Source: Ignavibacteriales bacterium (GTDB lineage Bacteria > Bacteroidota > Ignavibacteria > UBA10030 > UBA6906). Taken from it: a DNA stretch of 64,000 bases. Numbering within the stretch: the stretch's first letter is position 1; each line of letters starts with the position of its first letter. The position numbers and the translations under genes are program-made. Where the stretch lies: NCBI GenBank assembly GCA_037441705.1, contig JBBIRR010000005.1, positions 36,265-100,264 of the forward strand, written 5' to 3'. Of this stretch, positions 1 through 10,611 are shown piece after piece. The notes below the pieces were generated by a model. It was not told the DNA's origin, searched no databases, and worked only from the letters and a program-made list of their open reading frames with translations.

Positions 1-1
1 C

Positions 2-1630
2 TGGCGGACCGGCCGCTATGTGGTGCTCGATCCTGCAGGCGGCGTGGTCTCGTTCGACGCGGTGGATGGTCGGAACAACCCGCTTCGCTGGAAAAAAACG
101 AGCAAGAGTACATGGGTGATTGAGACGGCAGGGACCTCACAGGTCGCTGCGCGCTACAGCGTGTTCGCAAACGAGTTTGACCAGCGCACCCGCGGCCTGA
201 ACGATGAACGCGCGTTTGTGGATGCTACGACGGTATTCATGTACTCTGAGAAATATCGCTGGCATCCCCTCACGCTGACGGTTCGTCCGTTCGATGCATG
301 GCACGTCACGACAGGACTCGACGCCGTGCCCGGCACGCTTAACACCTTCTCCGCCCCGAACTACGACCATCTTGCCGACTGCCCGTTGGAGATCGGCACG
401 CAGAAAGTTTTTTCGTTTTCGATCGAGGGCAAGGAACATCTCCTGAGCATCACCGGCGAGGGGAATTATGATTCAACGCAACTCATCGCCGATCTGACGA
501 CGATTGTGAAGAAGCATGCGCAGTTCTGGGGCGACCTTCCGTACGATCGTTATGTGTTTTTTCTCGCATTGTCCGCCAATGGAAGCGGGGGGACGGAACA
601 TATCAATTCGTGTGTGATGGGCGCCCGCCCGTTCATTTTCCAGGACCCGATCGCCTACAAGAAATTTCTCGGGCTTGTCTCTCATGAATTCTTCCATACC
701 TGGAACGTGAAACGCCTCCGTCCTGCCGGCCTTCAGACCTATGATTGGACGAAGGAGAATTACGTCGAAGAACTGTGGGTTGCCGAAGGAACGACGTCCT
801 ATTATGATGACCTTCTGCTTGTTCGGTGTGGCCTGATGACGGAGACAGAGTATCTGGGCAAGCTTGCCGACGCCGTCAATGAAGACCGGCAGCGACCGGG
901 CAACCTGCGTGAGTCGCTTGCACAGGCGAGTTACGACGCGTGGATTCGGTATTGGAAAAGCTCGAAGCACGCGGTGAACTTCGAGACCGACTACTACGCT
1001 CGAGGCGCAGCGGTCAGCTTCGTTCTTGACATGACGATTCGCCAGGCAACAAACAACCGCCGCTCCCTCGATGACGTCCTGCGGACGATGTACGTCCGCT
1101 TTCCTCTCGGCAGAGGATACACCAACGCCGATTTGCAGGCGGTGTGCGAGCAGATCAGCGGCAAAAGTTTCAAGGAGTTTTTTCACGACTACGTGTACGG
1201 CACAGAGCCACTCCCCTGGTCGCAGGCCCTTGCAACGGTGGGACTGGAACTGCAACGCAAGTCACCAGAGGAGAAGCCATGGCTCGGCCTGACAACCGTA
1301 GATGAGGCACGTGCAACGCGAGTCACGCGCGTCTTTGCCGGCTCGCCTGCGTATGAAGCCGGGCTTGATGTGGATGACGAGATCATTGCCCTCAACGGCT
1401 ACAAGGTTCGTTCCGCCGACTTGAGCGCTCGCGTCGACCGAATGAAAGAAGGCGACACCGTGCGGCTTACAGTTTTCCGGAGCGATAAACTCCGAGACTT
1501 CAGTATCACTCTTCGACGGCCGGCCTTGCCCGCAGTCCGGGTTATGAAAGTCGAGAAGCCGACCGCGCTGCAACAGGCGGCATATGAATCGTGGCTCTCT
1601 GTTCCTTTTGAAGAGAAGAGTTCGCGATGA
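2..1630 (+). CDS. M61 family (glycyl aminopeptidase-like) zinc metallopeptidase with C-terminal PDZ domain, 5'-truncated at window edge
   Basis: GGTEH, SHEFFHTWNVKRLRP and downstream WVAEGTTSYY motifs; PDZ-like C-terminus (GSPAYEAGL..DEIIALNG). Frame stays open back to base 2 (WRTGRYVV), so the true start is upstream. Confidence 0.92.
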   Translation, partial: WRTGRYVVLDPAGGVVSFDAVDGRNNPLRWKKTSKSTWVIETAGTSQVAARYSVFANEFDQRTRGLNDERAFVDATTVFMYSEKYRWHPLTLTVRPFDAWHVTTGLDAVPGTLNTFSAPNYDHLADCPLEIGTQKVFSFSIEGKEHLLSITGEGNYDSTQLIADLTTIVKKHAQFWGDLPYDRYVFFLALSANGSGGTEHINSCVMGARPFIFQDPIAYKKFLGLVSHEFFHTWNVKRLRPAGLQTYDWTKENYVEELWVAEGTTSYYDDLLLVRCGLMTETEYLGKLADAVNEDRQRPGNLRESLAQASYDAWIRYWKSSKHAVNFETDYYARGAAVSFVLDMTIRQATNNRRSLDDVLRTMYVRFPLGRGYTNADLQAVCEQISGKSFKEFFHDYVYGTEPLPWSQALATVGLELQRKSPEEKPWLGLTTVDEARATRVTRVFAGSPAYEAGLDVDDEIIALNGYKVRSADLSARVDRMKEGDTVRLTVFRSDKLRDFSITLRRPALPAVRVMKVEKPTALQQAAYESWLSVPFEEKSSR

Positions 1631-3339
1631 GCTGGCTCTTCGCCGCCGTTGCTGATGACCTCACACCCGAACAGCAGGAACGGTTTCGTTCTATACATTC
1701 ACCTCCTCTTCAGAGTGTGATCACTGAATCTCTGTATGTCGCGATCGGAGGCCTTGAGGAAACAACGAGATTCCGGGCGGATGGCGCTTCGGGCTTTGCA
1801 GTCGTTGGAACAGGCATTCGGCTGAGAGAAGGATTCTGCGAGTTCCTCACGACGGATGAGTGGGGACGCGTGCTTACTGGTTCACCTCCCAATCTTTCTC
1901 AACTCGACGGGCACTTTCTCGCTCTGCGATGGGAGGGGAAAACACTTGAGGCATGGACCGATCAGATTGGGCTTCGCACAGTTTATGCAGCACGGTATTC
2001 CCACGGTTATGTGCTTTCGACACGCCTGGACTGGGTGGCGAAAGTCAGCGGTTGTTCCGAGATTGATTTTGATCAGCTCGGATCGAGTTGGTTGCTGACC
2101 AACCAGATGGCGTACAACTCGGCGGTCAAGGGCGTTTCACGTCTTGGTCCTGGCGGGACGCTGATGTGCACACCGCACACATTGCGGATACAGAGCAAAC
2201 CGTGGACGCCGGACTTCGAGACGGATTCCACGGCCTCGATGATGCGGCCGCTGCAAAGCCTTGTCGCACCGCGCGTCGAGCCACCCCGGATTTTGTCGCT
2301 CGGACTCTCGGGCGGCTTTGATTGCCGCGTGCTGCTTGCACTGCTGCTCAAACGCCAGACGCCGTTTGGGCTTCATTCGTTCGGCCATCCCGATGATCCC
2401 GATGTGGTGATGGCCAGACGGATCGCGGAGGGAGAGAGCCTTTCGCATGTGGTGTTGACATCTACACCTGAGGACGTGCCGAGTTTCATCCGGCGTTTGC
2501 ATGACTACGTCGCGCAGGTGGGGATCGTTGCTCCGGCGTCGTTGCTGTTGAAGGTACGGTACTATTCAGAGCTCCATCAACAGCATCGGATGTTGATTGA
2601 TGGGGGATATGGAGAGATCTCGCGCCGACAGATGGGAAATCGTCTGCTGCGGAAAGGACCTGCTCTGCTGCGCAGAGGGAAGCCCGAAGAGTTGTTTCGA
2701 CTACTCTCCAGCCCGCGTCCACCAATCTTTCTTCCGGAGGTAGAGCGGCGGATGGTGGCGGGCGCGAAGCAAGAGCTTGCCGACGTGTGGAGTGCTATGC
2801 CGCCGGCAAAGGATATCGGTGCAGAAAATTTTGTTGACCTGCTTTCGATTCGTGCTCGTGTTGCAAACAACGGTGCGCCCGCGCAGCAGTGGATAGATGG
2901 ACAGGTCGTGAACTACATGCCGTATGCGCAGCCGAGTTTCTTGCGAGAAATCTTTCGCACGCCGCTGGCGGCGAGGAGGAACTCGCGCCTGCATCGGCGT
3001 GTACTTCGAGAGTCCGCTCCTACATTAGCACGATATCCGTTGGTCAAGGAAGGCGTCGTGTATCCCTATGGGCTGACGACTGTGCCCGCGTGGCTCTGGA
3101 GAACTGTAGCCTCAAAGGTTGGCAAGAAGTGGATAGACGACTCGGCGCATGCCTTCCTCATGCACATAAGAGAGTTTGTGCGCGATACCGTGCATTCACA
3201 GGTGGTAAAGGGTTTCGTGTACGACGAGGAAAAGGTCGTGCGGAATGTCGAACGGTACTATGCCGGAGAGCGCCGCCTGGCGAAGGAGGTCGATTGGTGG
3301 CTCACATTCGAACTCTGGCGACGGAGTCTTCTCGTTTGA
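1627..3339 (+). CDS. Asparagine synthase-like protein (ATP-pyrophosphatase amide ligase) lacking the N-terminal catalytic Cys
   Basis: LDGHF..TDQIGLRTVY Ntn-like N-terminal part; LGLSGGFDCR PP-loop; C-terminal WLTFELW typical of the AsnB family; ATGA overlap with upstream gene. Confidence 0.75.
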   Translation: MSWLFAAVADDLTPEQQERFRSIHSPPLQSVITESLYVAIGGLEETTRFRADGASGFAVVGTGIRLREGFCEFLTTDEWGRVLTGSPPNLSQLDGHFLALRWEGKTLEAWTDQIGLRTVYAARYSHGYVLSTRLDWVAKVSGCSEIDFDQLGSSWLLTNQMAYNSAVKGVSRLGPGGTLMCTPHTLRIQSKPWTPDFETDSTASMMRPLQSLVAPRVEPPRILSLGLSGGFDCRVLLALLLKRQTPFGLHSFGHPDDPDVVMARRIAEGESLSHVVLTSTPEDVPSFIRRLHDYVAQVGIVAPASLLLKVRYYSELHQQHRMLIDGGYGEISRRQMGNRLLRKGPALLRRGKPEELFRLLSSPRPPIFLPEVERRMVAGAKQELADVWSAMPPAKDIGAENFVDLLSIRARVANNGAPAQQWIDGQVVNYMPYAQPSFLREIFRTPLAARRNSRLHRRVLRESAPTLARYPLVKEGVVYPYGLTTVPAWLWRTVASKVGKKWIDDSAHAFLMHIREFVRDTVHSQVVKGFVYDEEKVVRNVERYYAGERRLAKEVDWWLTFELWRRSLLV

Positions 3340-3416
3340 GCGGCACTTTTCGATGAAGGGTTTTTTCGTATTCTTGACGTCTCGCTGTGCATAATCACCA
3401 ACAGGGAGGATGTACA

Positions 3417-5690
3417 ATGACGCTGCAGAAAGCAACTTGCATGATGCTGTTGTATTTGTTTGCATTTGTATTGGAAGCACGATCGCAAGAGGGAGGCACG
3501 ATCGTTGGTGACGTTGTCGATCACGAAACGCGAAGCCCTCTTCCGGGCGCCAACGCGGCACTTGATGGGACTTCTTTGGGCGCGTCCGCGGACGCAGCAG
3601 GACGCTTTGTCATCGAAAGGATTCCTGCCGGTGCTTATACGCTTTCCGTTTCTCTTATCGGTTATGCCAAACACACCCAGGCGGTCACGCTTGGCAGTCA
3701 CGACACGCTGCGCCTTACTATTGCGCTCTCGCCCGAGGTGCCGAAGTTTGACGAAGTAACCTCGATGGGAGAACGAACCTTTTCTGCGGCGTCGTCGGAA
3801 TACATGCGAGGGCTCGATTTCGAGCTTCGCCCGAAAAACTCTGCGCAGGATATGCTGAAGATGGTGGCGGGGCTTGTCATCGCGCAGCATGCTGGCGGCG
3901 GTAAAGCGGAGCAAATTTTTCTGCGCGGCTTCGACGCCGATCATGGCACAGACGTGAATCTTTCCGTCGATGGCGTTCCGGTGAACATGGTCAGCCATGG
4001 GCATGGCCAGGGGTACGCCGATTTGCATTTCGTCATTCCTGAGGTGATCGAGGGGATGGAGGTGTACAAGGGCCCCTACTTTGCCGCATTCGGCGATCTC
4101 GCGACCGCGGGTTCGGTACGGTTGAAAACACGCGAGAGCATCGAGAATAACCTGTTGAGTTTTGAAGGAGGGAAGTTCGGGACATATCGGACGCTGGGCA
4201 TGGTGCGAATACCGACGCAGTCGCTCGCGACCAGCGCGTACGCTGCCGGCGAGTTCTACCACACCGATGGTTATTTCGACACGCGAATTGATTTGAACAG
4301 ATATAATGTGTTCGGCAAGCTCGTCTCCGCGACGGGCGAGAACGGGAAACTCTCGGTGTGGGCGTCCGGGTTCGGTTCACAATGGAATGCAACAGGACAG
4401 ATTCCGCAACGTGCGGTCGAAGCGGGTCTCATCAGCCGCTTTGGTTCGATTGATCCGAGTGAAGGAGGCAAAACCGAACGGTTCAATCTGCATCTCGGTC
4501 ATCTTCTCACGCTGGACGGCCGGTCCACGCTTCACGCCCAGGTGTTTGCTTCGCGCTACCAATTTCGTCTCTACTCCAACTTCACCTTCTTTGCCGTTGA
4601 TTCCGTCAATGGCGACGGGATCGAACAGCAGGATGATCGCTTTCTGTTTGGCGGGCAAGCGGAATACACCCGTCAGCACTCATTGGGCGATCTGCCTGCG
4701 ATCGGGACGATCGGGGCGAGCGTGCGAGCCGACGTGATTGACGTACAACTGTTTCACCAACGGCAACGTGAACGTCTCGCTACGGAAGCGGATGCGCTCA
4801 TCCATCAAAACACACTCTCGCTCTTCGCGCAAGAAGAACTTCACCTGAGCAACAGGATACGCATGCAACTTGGTGTGCGCGCGGATTTCTTCTCCTTCGA
4901 TGTGGAAGATCGGCTTGCTGCGGTGCCGGGTCACGAGCCTGCAGTCGTGCGCAGAGCTGTTGTGACACCAAAGCTGAACACCGTTTTTTCGGCCGATCAG
5001 TCGCTTGACGTGTATGTGAACTTCGGCGGCGGGTTTCACTCCAACGACGCACGTGCTGTTGTTGCGGGAAGGGCCGAGCGCACGCTTCCGCGTGCATGGG
5101 GCGCTGAGCTTGGCGTACGCTTCACACCCGCGCCGCGGACGAGCTTCGCCGTAGCAGTGTGGGGACTTGACCTGCAGAACGAACTGGTTTATGTAGGTGA
5201 TGAAGGAACAACCGAAATCAGCGGCGCGACGCGCCGCATCGGGCTTGACGGTGAGGCTCGGGCGCAGCTTACGTCGTGGCTGTTCGCAGACGTCGACCTG
5301 ACGCTGGCGCGCGGCCGGTTCCGCGATCTTCCTGCAGGGGCAGACTACATCCCGCTCGCCCCAACGTTGACGGCGAACGCGGGACTCACCGCACGGCATG
5401 AGAACGGATTCGAAGGGAGCCTGCGGCTGCGCCATATAAGCAGCAGGCCTGCGAACGAAGACAACACCGTCACGGCACTCGGATACACAGTCTTCGATGC
5501 CTCGGTTGCGTATCGCTTTGCGGCGTATCGTCTGCAGGTAACCGCAGAGAATCTCTTCAATGTCCGATGGAACGAGGCGCAATTCGATACAGAGTCGCGG
5601 CTTCGCGGCGAAACAGCACCGATCTCGGAGCTGCACTTTACCCCGGGCACACCGTTCAACCTCAAGCTCAAGGCTGAGGTCAGCTTCTAA
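3417..5690 (+). CDS. TonB-dependent receptor with N-terminal carboxypeptidase-regulatory-like domain
   Basis: Signal peptide; plug region (IFLRGF..VDGVPVN..EVYKGPY); C-terminal ENLFN box and terminal Phe; GGAGGA SD before ATG 3417. Confidence 0.92.
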   Translation: MTLQKATCMMLLYLFAFVLEARSQEGGTIVGDVVDHETRSPLPGANAALDGTSLGASADAAGRFVIERIPAGAYTLSVSLIGYAKHTQAVTLGSHDTLRLTIALSPEVPKFDEVTSMGERTFSAASSEYMRGLDFELRPKNSAQDMLKMVAGLVIAQHAGGGKAEQIFLRGFDADHGTDVNLSVDGVPVNMVSHGHGQGYADLHFVIPEVIEGMEVYKGPYFAAFGDLATAGSVRLKTRESIENNLLSFEGGKFGTYRTLGMVRIPTQSLATSAYAAGEFYHTDGYFDTRIDLNRYNVFGKLVSATGENGKLSVWASGFGSQWNATGQIPQRAVEAGLISRFGSIDPSEGGKTERFNLHLGHLLTLDGRSTLHAQVFASRYQFRLYSNFTFFAVDSVNGDGIEQQDDRFLFGGQAEYTRQHSLGDLPAIGTIGASVRADVIDVQLFHQRQRERLATEADALIHQNTLSLFAQEELHLSNRIRMQLGVRADFFSFDVEDRLAAVPGHEPAVVRRAVVTPKLNTVFSADQSLDVYVNFGGGFHSNDARAVVAGRAERTLPRAWGAELGVRFTPAPRTSFAVAVWGLDLQNELVYVGDEGTTEISGATRRIGLDGEARAQLTSWLFADVDLTLARGRFRDLPAGADYIPLAPTLTANAGLTARHENGFEGSLRLRHISSRPANEDNTVTALGYTVFDASVAYRFAAYRLQVTAENLFNVRWNEAQFDTESRLRGETAPISELHFTPGTPFNLKLKAEVSF

Positions 5691-5814
5691 CGCTTGCTTT
5701 CTGCCATCAAGGAAGCGAAAGCAATATTCCCGGACATTTAGTATTTTCTGGAGGCACTCAGCCGGTCGTGCCTTCAACGTGTACGGAGTTCCCCAACCGT
5801 TCTCGTGACAAGCC

Positions 5815-7353
5815 ATGCTCTCAAAGACTCTCTCCTGCGCAACGTACGGCGTCAACGCCTACCTCGTCGAAGTTGAGACACACATTGAGAAAATGATACC
5901 CGGCTTCGCGATTGTCGGCTTGCCGGACAATGCGGTGAAGGAAAGCCGCGAGCGCATCACCGCCTCGATCCGTAACTCGAGCCTTACGTTTCCGAAGACG
6001 AAAATCACGATCAATTTAGCCCCCGCCGATATCAAGAAGGAGGGTTCGTCGTACGACCTGCCGATGGCGATCGGGATTCTTGCCGCGACCAATCAGGTTG
6101 AGCCCGACGTGCTGGAGGAGTTCGCCATCGTCGGAGAGTTGGCGTTGGACGGCTCGCTGCGCGCGGTGCACGGGGTGCTGCCGATGGCGCTGGAGGTGCG
6201 GCGCAGGAAACTGCGCGGGATGATCGTGCCGAAAGAGAACGGCAAAGAAGCGGCGCTGGTCGCAGGCGTACAGGTCTTTCCGATGTCATCCCTCAACGAA
6301 ACGGTCGAGTTTCTCAATGCCGATCACCGATTGCTCGCTCCGCTGCAGGTCGACGTCAATGAATTGTTCATGCGCGATCAGCACTACACCTCCGATTTCG
6401 CGGACGTGAAAGGTCAGGAGAACGTCAAGCGGGCGCTCGAAGTTGCTGCCGCGGGAGCGCACAACATCATCATGATCGGCCCGCCCGGCTCCGGCAAAAC
6501 GATGCTTGCCAAACGACTTCCAAGCATCCTTCCCCCCATGACGTTCGAGGAGGCATTGGAAACAACGAAGATCCACTCCGTTGCCGGTCTGCTTCCACCC
6601 GACACTGCGTTGGTAGCGACGCGCCCGTTTCGCTCACCGCACCACACAATTTCCGATGCCGCTCTTGTAGGCGGTGGAACCGTTCCGCGGCCCGGTGAGA
6701 TTTCCCTGTCGCATCATGGCGTGCTGTTCCTGGATGAGCTGCCGGAGTTCGCCCGCAATGTTCTCGAAGTGCTGCGCCAGCCGCTCGAAGATGGACACGT
6801 TACCATCAGCCGCTCGAAACTCTCGGTCGATTATCCTGCCAACTTCATGCTCGTCTGTGCAATGAATCCCTGTCCGTGCGGTTACTACACGGATCCGACA
6901 AAAGAATGCACGTGCACGCCGCCGATGATCCAGAAGTACATGGCGAAGATTTCTGGTCCCCTTATGGATCGAATCGACCTGCACATTGAAGTGCCTGCGG
7001 TGAAGTACAAGGAGCTTTCCAGCAAGGAAGGTGGGGAGAGTTCCGAGCAGATTCGAGCGCGGGTGACCGAAGCGCGGGAGATTCAGCGCAAGCGCTTTGC
7101 GGGCCGCAAGGGACTCTTTGCCAATGCCGACATGCAGTCGAAAGACATTCGGGAGTTTTGCAAGATCGATGCGCAAGGGGAAGAGTTGCTGAAGATGGCG
7201 ATCACCAAGCTCGGGTTGTCGGCGCGGGCGTACGACCGCATTCTGAAAGTCGGCCGAACCATTGCCGACCTGGCGCACAGCAGTGAGATTCGGCCCGAGC
7301 ATTTGAGCGAAGCGATTCAGTACCGAAGTCTCGACCGCACGATGATTTCGTGA
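5815..7353 (+). CDS. comM: YifB/ComM Mg-chelatase-like AAA+ ATPase
   Basis: [32 protein letters not shown], Walker [45 protein letters not shown]. Confidence 0.95.
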   Translation: MLSKTLSCATYGVNAYLVEVETHIEKMIPGFAIVGLPDNAVKESRERITASIRNSSLTFPKTKITINLAPADIKKEGSSYDLPMAIGILAATNQVEPDVLEEFAIVGELALDGSLRAVHGVLPMALEVRRRKLRGMIVPKENGKEAALVAGVQVFPMSSLNETVEFLNADHRLLAPLQVDVNELFMRDQHYTSDFADVKGQENVKRALEVAAAGAHNIIMIGPPGSGKTMLAKRLPSILPPMTFEEALETTKIHSVAGLLPPDTALVATRPFRSPHHTISDAALVGGGTVPRPGEISLSHHGVLFLDELPEFARNVLEVLRQPLEDGHVTISRSKLSVDYPANFMLVCAMNPCPCGYYTDPTKECTCTPPMIQKYMAKISGPLMDRIDLHIEVPAVKYKELSSKEGGESSEQIRARVTEAREIQRKRFAGRKGLFANADMQSKDIREFCKIDAQGEELLKMAITKLGLSARAYDRILKVGRTIADLAHSSEIRPEHLSEAIQYRSLDRTMIS

Positions 7354-7527
7354 TGCACTCCACGATGGTCAGAAGGCGGTTGGGTGACTCGTGCCGGCCA
7401 GCGCACACCTGAGGTGACAACCCGGCTTCACGTTGTTCACCGACCGTTGATTCTTGGCGCGATCCAAACGATATTGCAACAGGCACTTCAGAAGATCAAC
7501 ACCTCTGCCGTTTCGATTGCTCTCATC

Positions 7528-7932
7528 ATGGGACAACAACAGATTGTTATCCTGATTCTTGCCGTCTGTATTGCGGGAATTGCCCTCTCGGCGTATGCGA
7601 TTGTGCATGACGGAGACGTGGACTATCGTACCGCGATGGCGAACGATCTCCGGCAACTTGCGGTGTCAGCGCAGAACTATCGCACGCGATCGTTCGATGA
7701 GGGGGGCGGTGATGGTACGTTCATCGGTTTGACGGCCACGCCCCAAGGATTTGAACGACTGGCCGGCAGCATGACTCGACCCTATGCGCGCTACTTCATC
7801 TCACGCAGCGGCAACACACGATCGGTGGAAGTGACCGCCGTTGGCCTCCATCCCGGCAACGATCCACGGAAGCCGACAAGGATGGTGATGACGGTGTTTG
7901 CAGGATCGACAGCAATTCGCGTGGTGAACTGA
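7528..7932 (+). CDS. MGQQQ-type pilin-like hypothetical protein (134 aa)
   Basis: MGQQQ followed by a hydrophobic helix, a second amphipathic helix (DLRQLAVSAQNYR..GGGDGTF) and short beta strands. ATG 7528 preferred over the longer ORF start. Confidence 0.65.
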   Translation: MGQQQIVILILAVCIAGIALSAYAIVHDGDVDYRTAMANDLRQLAVSAQNYRTRSFDEGGGDGTFIGLTATPQGFERLAGSMTRPYARYFISRSGNTRSVEVTAVGLHPGNDPRKPTRMVMTVFAGSTAIRVVN

Positions 7933-8104
7933 AGACGTCGTTCCACCGCGACGTCGGACGTAGCGTTGTTTGTTGTTCCCTCCCGAACGTGATGTACCTT
8001 CGTTCACGCTGACATCCGAAGCCCCGAACCACCGTTTGAATGTCCTCGACCTTTTCCTTACCTTGTGAGCGATTTTTCAATCAGATTCAGTACAAGGAAG
8101 GTTC

Positions 8105-9115
8105 ATGCATAGAGTAACACTTATTCCCGGCGACGGGATTGGTCCCAGTATTGCCGAAGCGACCGTCAGGGTGATCGAAGCGGCGGGGGTGAAGATACAA
8201 TGGGAGACGGTAGAAGCCGGGATGGCGGCGATCGATAAGTATCGTGATCCGCTTCCGCCCAATGTGTTGGAGTCCATCAGTGCGAACAAGGTAGCGCTCA
8301 AAGGCCCGCTGACAACGCCGGTGGGGTCGGGATTTCGCAGCGTAAATGTCGCGCTGCGCAAAGAGTTTGACCTGTACGCCAACGTGCGCCCCGCGCGTTC
8401 ATTCGAGGGCGTGCCGTCGCGCTACAGCAACATCGACCTCGTGATCGTTCGTGAAAACACGGAGGAATTTTACGCAGGCATCGAGCACTACATCGATCCA
8501 TCCCGCAGCGCGGCAGAAACCATCGGCATCGTGACCCGCTCAGGCTCCGAACGCATCATCCGGTATGCATTCGAGTACGCCCGCAAGCACGGCCGGAAGA
8601 AAGTCACCACCGTGCACAAGGCGAACATCCTCAAGTACACTGGTGGATTGTTTCTGGAAGTTGCGCGCGACATCGCGCGGCAGTATCCCGACATCGAATC
8701 GAACGACAGGATCATCGACAATATGGCGATGCAGATGGTGATCAATCCGTATCAATTCGATGTCATCGTCACGACCAATCTCTTTGGCGATATCCTGTCG
8801 GATCTTGCTTCGGGGCTGGTGGGAGGGTTGGGCCTGGCGCCGGGGGCGAACATCGGGTACAACGCTGCCATTTTCGAAGCGGTGCACGGCAGCGCGCCGG
8901 ATATCGCCGGAAAGAATCTTGCGAACCCGTGCGCTCTGATTCTTGCCGGTGTGATGATGCTGCGCCATCTCGGTGAAGAGGCCGCTGCCGATCGCATCGA
9001 GCAGGCGGTTGCCGAAGTGCTGCGCGAGGGGAAGAGTGTAACGAAGGACCTGAAAGCAGAAGGCTATGTCGGAACCACGGAGATGACAGACGCCATCATT
9101 GCCAAACTCAAGTGA
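8105..9115 (+). CDS. icd: NAD-dependent isocitrate dehydrogenase (isocitrate/isopropylmalate dehydrogenase family)
   Basis: IPGDGIGP, LKGPLTTP..RSVNVALRK, VRENTE, VHKANI, NLFGDILSD, FEAVHGSAPDIAG. Confidence 0.88.
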   Translation: MHRVTLIPGDGIGPSIAEATVRVIEAAGVKIQWETVEAGMAAIDKYRDPLPPNVLESISANKVALKGPLTTPVGSGFRSVNVALRKEFDLYANVRPARSFEGVPSRYSNIDLVIVRENTEEFYAGIEHYIDPSRSAAETIGIVTRSGSERIIRYAFEYARKHGRKKVTTVHKANILKYTGGLFLEVARDIARQYPDIESNDRIIDNMAMQMVINPYQFDVIVTTNLFGDILSDLASGLVGGLGLAPGANIGYNAAIFEAVHGSAPDIAGKNLANPCALILAGVMMLRHLGEEAAADRIEQAVAEVLREGKSVTKDLKAEGYVGTTEMTDAIIAKLK

Positions 9116-9125
9116 CGCGATGAAC

Positions 9126-9152
9126 GTGGAGTGCTCGCGCCGAGCACTCCAC
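9126..9152. terminator. Perfect 12-bp hairpin between convergent genes (probable terminator or mRNA-end stabiliser)
   Basis: GTGGAGTGCTCG-cgc-CGAGCACTCCAC between icd and M16 stop codons; no clear U-tract. Confidence 0.6.
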
Positions 9153-9168
9153 CACGCTCACCCGCTAG

Positions 9169-10611
9169 TCACTGTGTCAAGCGATTGCCGTCGGCGTCGC
9201 TCATAACGAGCTTGCCGATATTCAATTTCTCCAATCCCGCCCGAACCGTTTTTGCATCTCCCACGACCACAACGATCATTCTGGATGAGTCTAGGTAATC
9301 GGCTGCGACACGACTCACGTCGTCGAGCGTGACGTTGTTGATGTTGCGGAGGTAGGAGTTGAAGTAGTCCATCGGCAGATTGTACAGCACAATGGATTGC
9401 AGCGCGGACGCAATCTGCGCCGGCGTTTCGAATGTCCGTGCAAACGATCCGGTCAGACTCTTCTTCGCAAATTCCAGTTCCTCAGGCGTGACCCCCAACC
9501 GCTGCATCCGTTCGATTTCGTAGAAGAATTCGAACACCGCGCTGTCGGTTTTCGACGTCGTAACGGCAGCGCTGGCGAGGAACGGACCGGGGTACTTGTT
9601 GAACGAAAAACTTGATCGTGCGCCATACGTGAAGCCGCGGCGTTCGCGGAGATTCATGTTCAGTCTGCTGCTGAATTGACCGCCTAACACCGTGTTCATC
9701 ACGGTCAGCGGGAAGAAGTCCGGTGTGTTGCGCGCCGTTCCGATGGTGCCGATGCGTACTTCCGATTGTGGAGCGCCCGGCTTGTCGATCAAGAGTGCCT
9801 GGCGAAATGACGGAGGCGGAGGAGTGAGAGGAACCTTCGGAATCTCGGCGCGCTGCCAGGGTGCGAGCAGACGGTCGAGTTTCGCGACAATGTCGCTCAG
9901 CGCTACATCGCCGACGACGATGAGAGTGGCGTTGTTCGGGCGATAGTACGTGCGGTAGAACTGCGCAACGTCTTCGCGCTTCATTGCCTTCAGCGATCCT
10001 TCGGTGCCGGAAGGATTCAGTCCGTATGGATGTTTTGTTCCATACAACACCCTGGAGAATGTCAGCGAGGCAATCACCGCCGGCCGATCTTTTTGCTGAA
10101 GCAGCGAGGTGATGCGCTGTTGTCGCAATCGTTCGAATTCTTTTTCGGGGAAAGTAGGATTGATCAGAACGTCGGCAAAGACATCGAGTGCCGTGTCGAG
10201 ATGTTTTGTCAGCGTGTTCAACGCAACGGAGGAACCATCAGTAAAGGCATTGATCGAAAGCGTTGCACCGATGAAATCCAGCGCTTCCGCAATCTGCAGA
10301 GCGCTCCGCGACGACGTACCTTCGTCGAGCATCTCGGCGGTCATCGAAGCCAATCCCGGCTGATCGAGCGGGTCGTGATCGGTTCCCGACTGCACCACCA
10401 GATTGCACGCGACAAGAGGCAGCTCGTGATCTTCAACGAGCCAGACATCGAGGCCGTTCTTGAGCGTCGCCTTCTGTATGGCTGGCAGCTTGATGGCAGG
10501 AACACCCTGCGCTTTCGGCTTGATGGTGCGATCGAGATCCTGGGTAAATGCTGTCATCACAACTCCGATACTGAACGATAATGTTGCAATCACGTGGATG
10601 GAGAAGTTCAT
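9169..10611 (-). CDS. M16B peptidase non-catalytic subunit
   Basis: M16 fold motifs (LKNGL..VEDHELP, LGGQFSSRLNMNLRERRGFTYG) but HXXEH replaced by SMTAE; signal peptide. Confidence 0.9.
   Translation of the reverse strand: MNFSIHVIATLSFSIGVVMTAFTQDLDRTIKPKAQGVPAIKLPAIQKATLKNGLDVWLVEDHELPLVACNLVVQSGTDHDPLDQPGLASMTAEMLDEGTSSRSALQIAEALDFIGATLSINAFTDGSSVALNTLTKHLDTALDVFADVLINPTFPEKEFERLRQQRITSLLQQKDRPAVIASLTFSRVLYGTKHPYGLNPSGTEGSLKAMKREDVAQFYRTYYRPNNATLIVVGDVALSDIVAKLDRLLAPWQRAEIPKVPLTPPPPSFRQALLIDKPGAPQSEVRIGTIGTARNTPDFFPLTVMNTVLGGQFSSRLNMNLRERRGFTYGARSSFSFNKYPGPFLASAAVTTSKTDSAVFEFFYEIERMQRLGVTPEELEFAKKSLTGSFARTFETPAQIASALQSIVLYNLPMDYFNSYLRNINNVTLDDVSRVAADYLDSSRMIVVVVGDAKTVRAGLEKLNIGKLVMSDADGNRLTQ

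Noticed and set aside
1627-5690. Lasso peptide cluster interpretation
   Set aside because: No precursor peptide, RRE or transglutaminase-like B protein visible in the window.
8063-8080. TTGTGAGCGATTTTTCAA upstream of icd, Rex/Crp-like site
   Set aside because: Right half-site is poor (three mismatches to the Rex consensus overall); could be chance.
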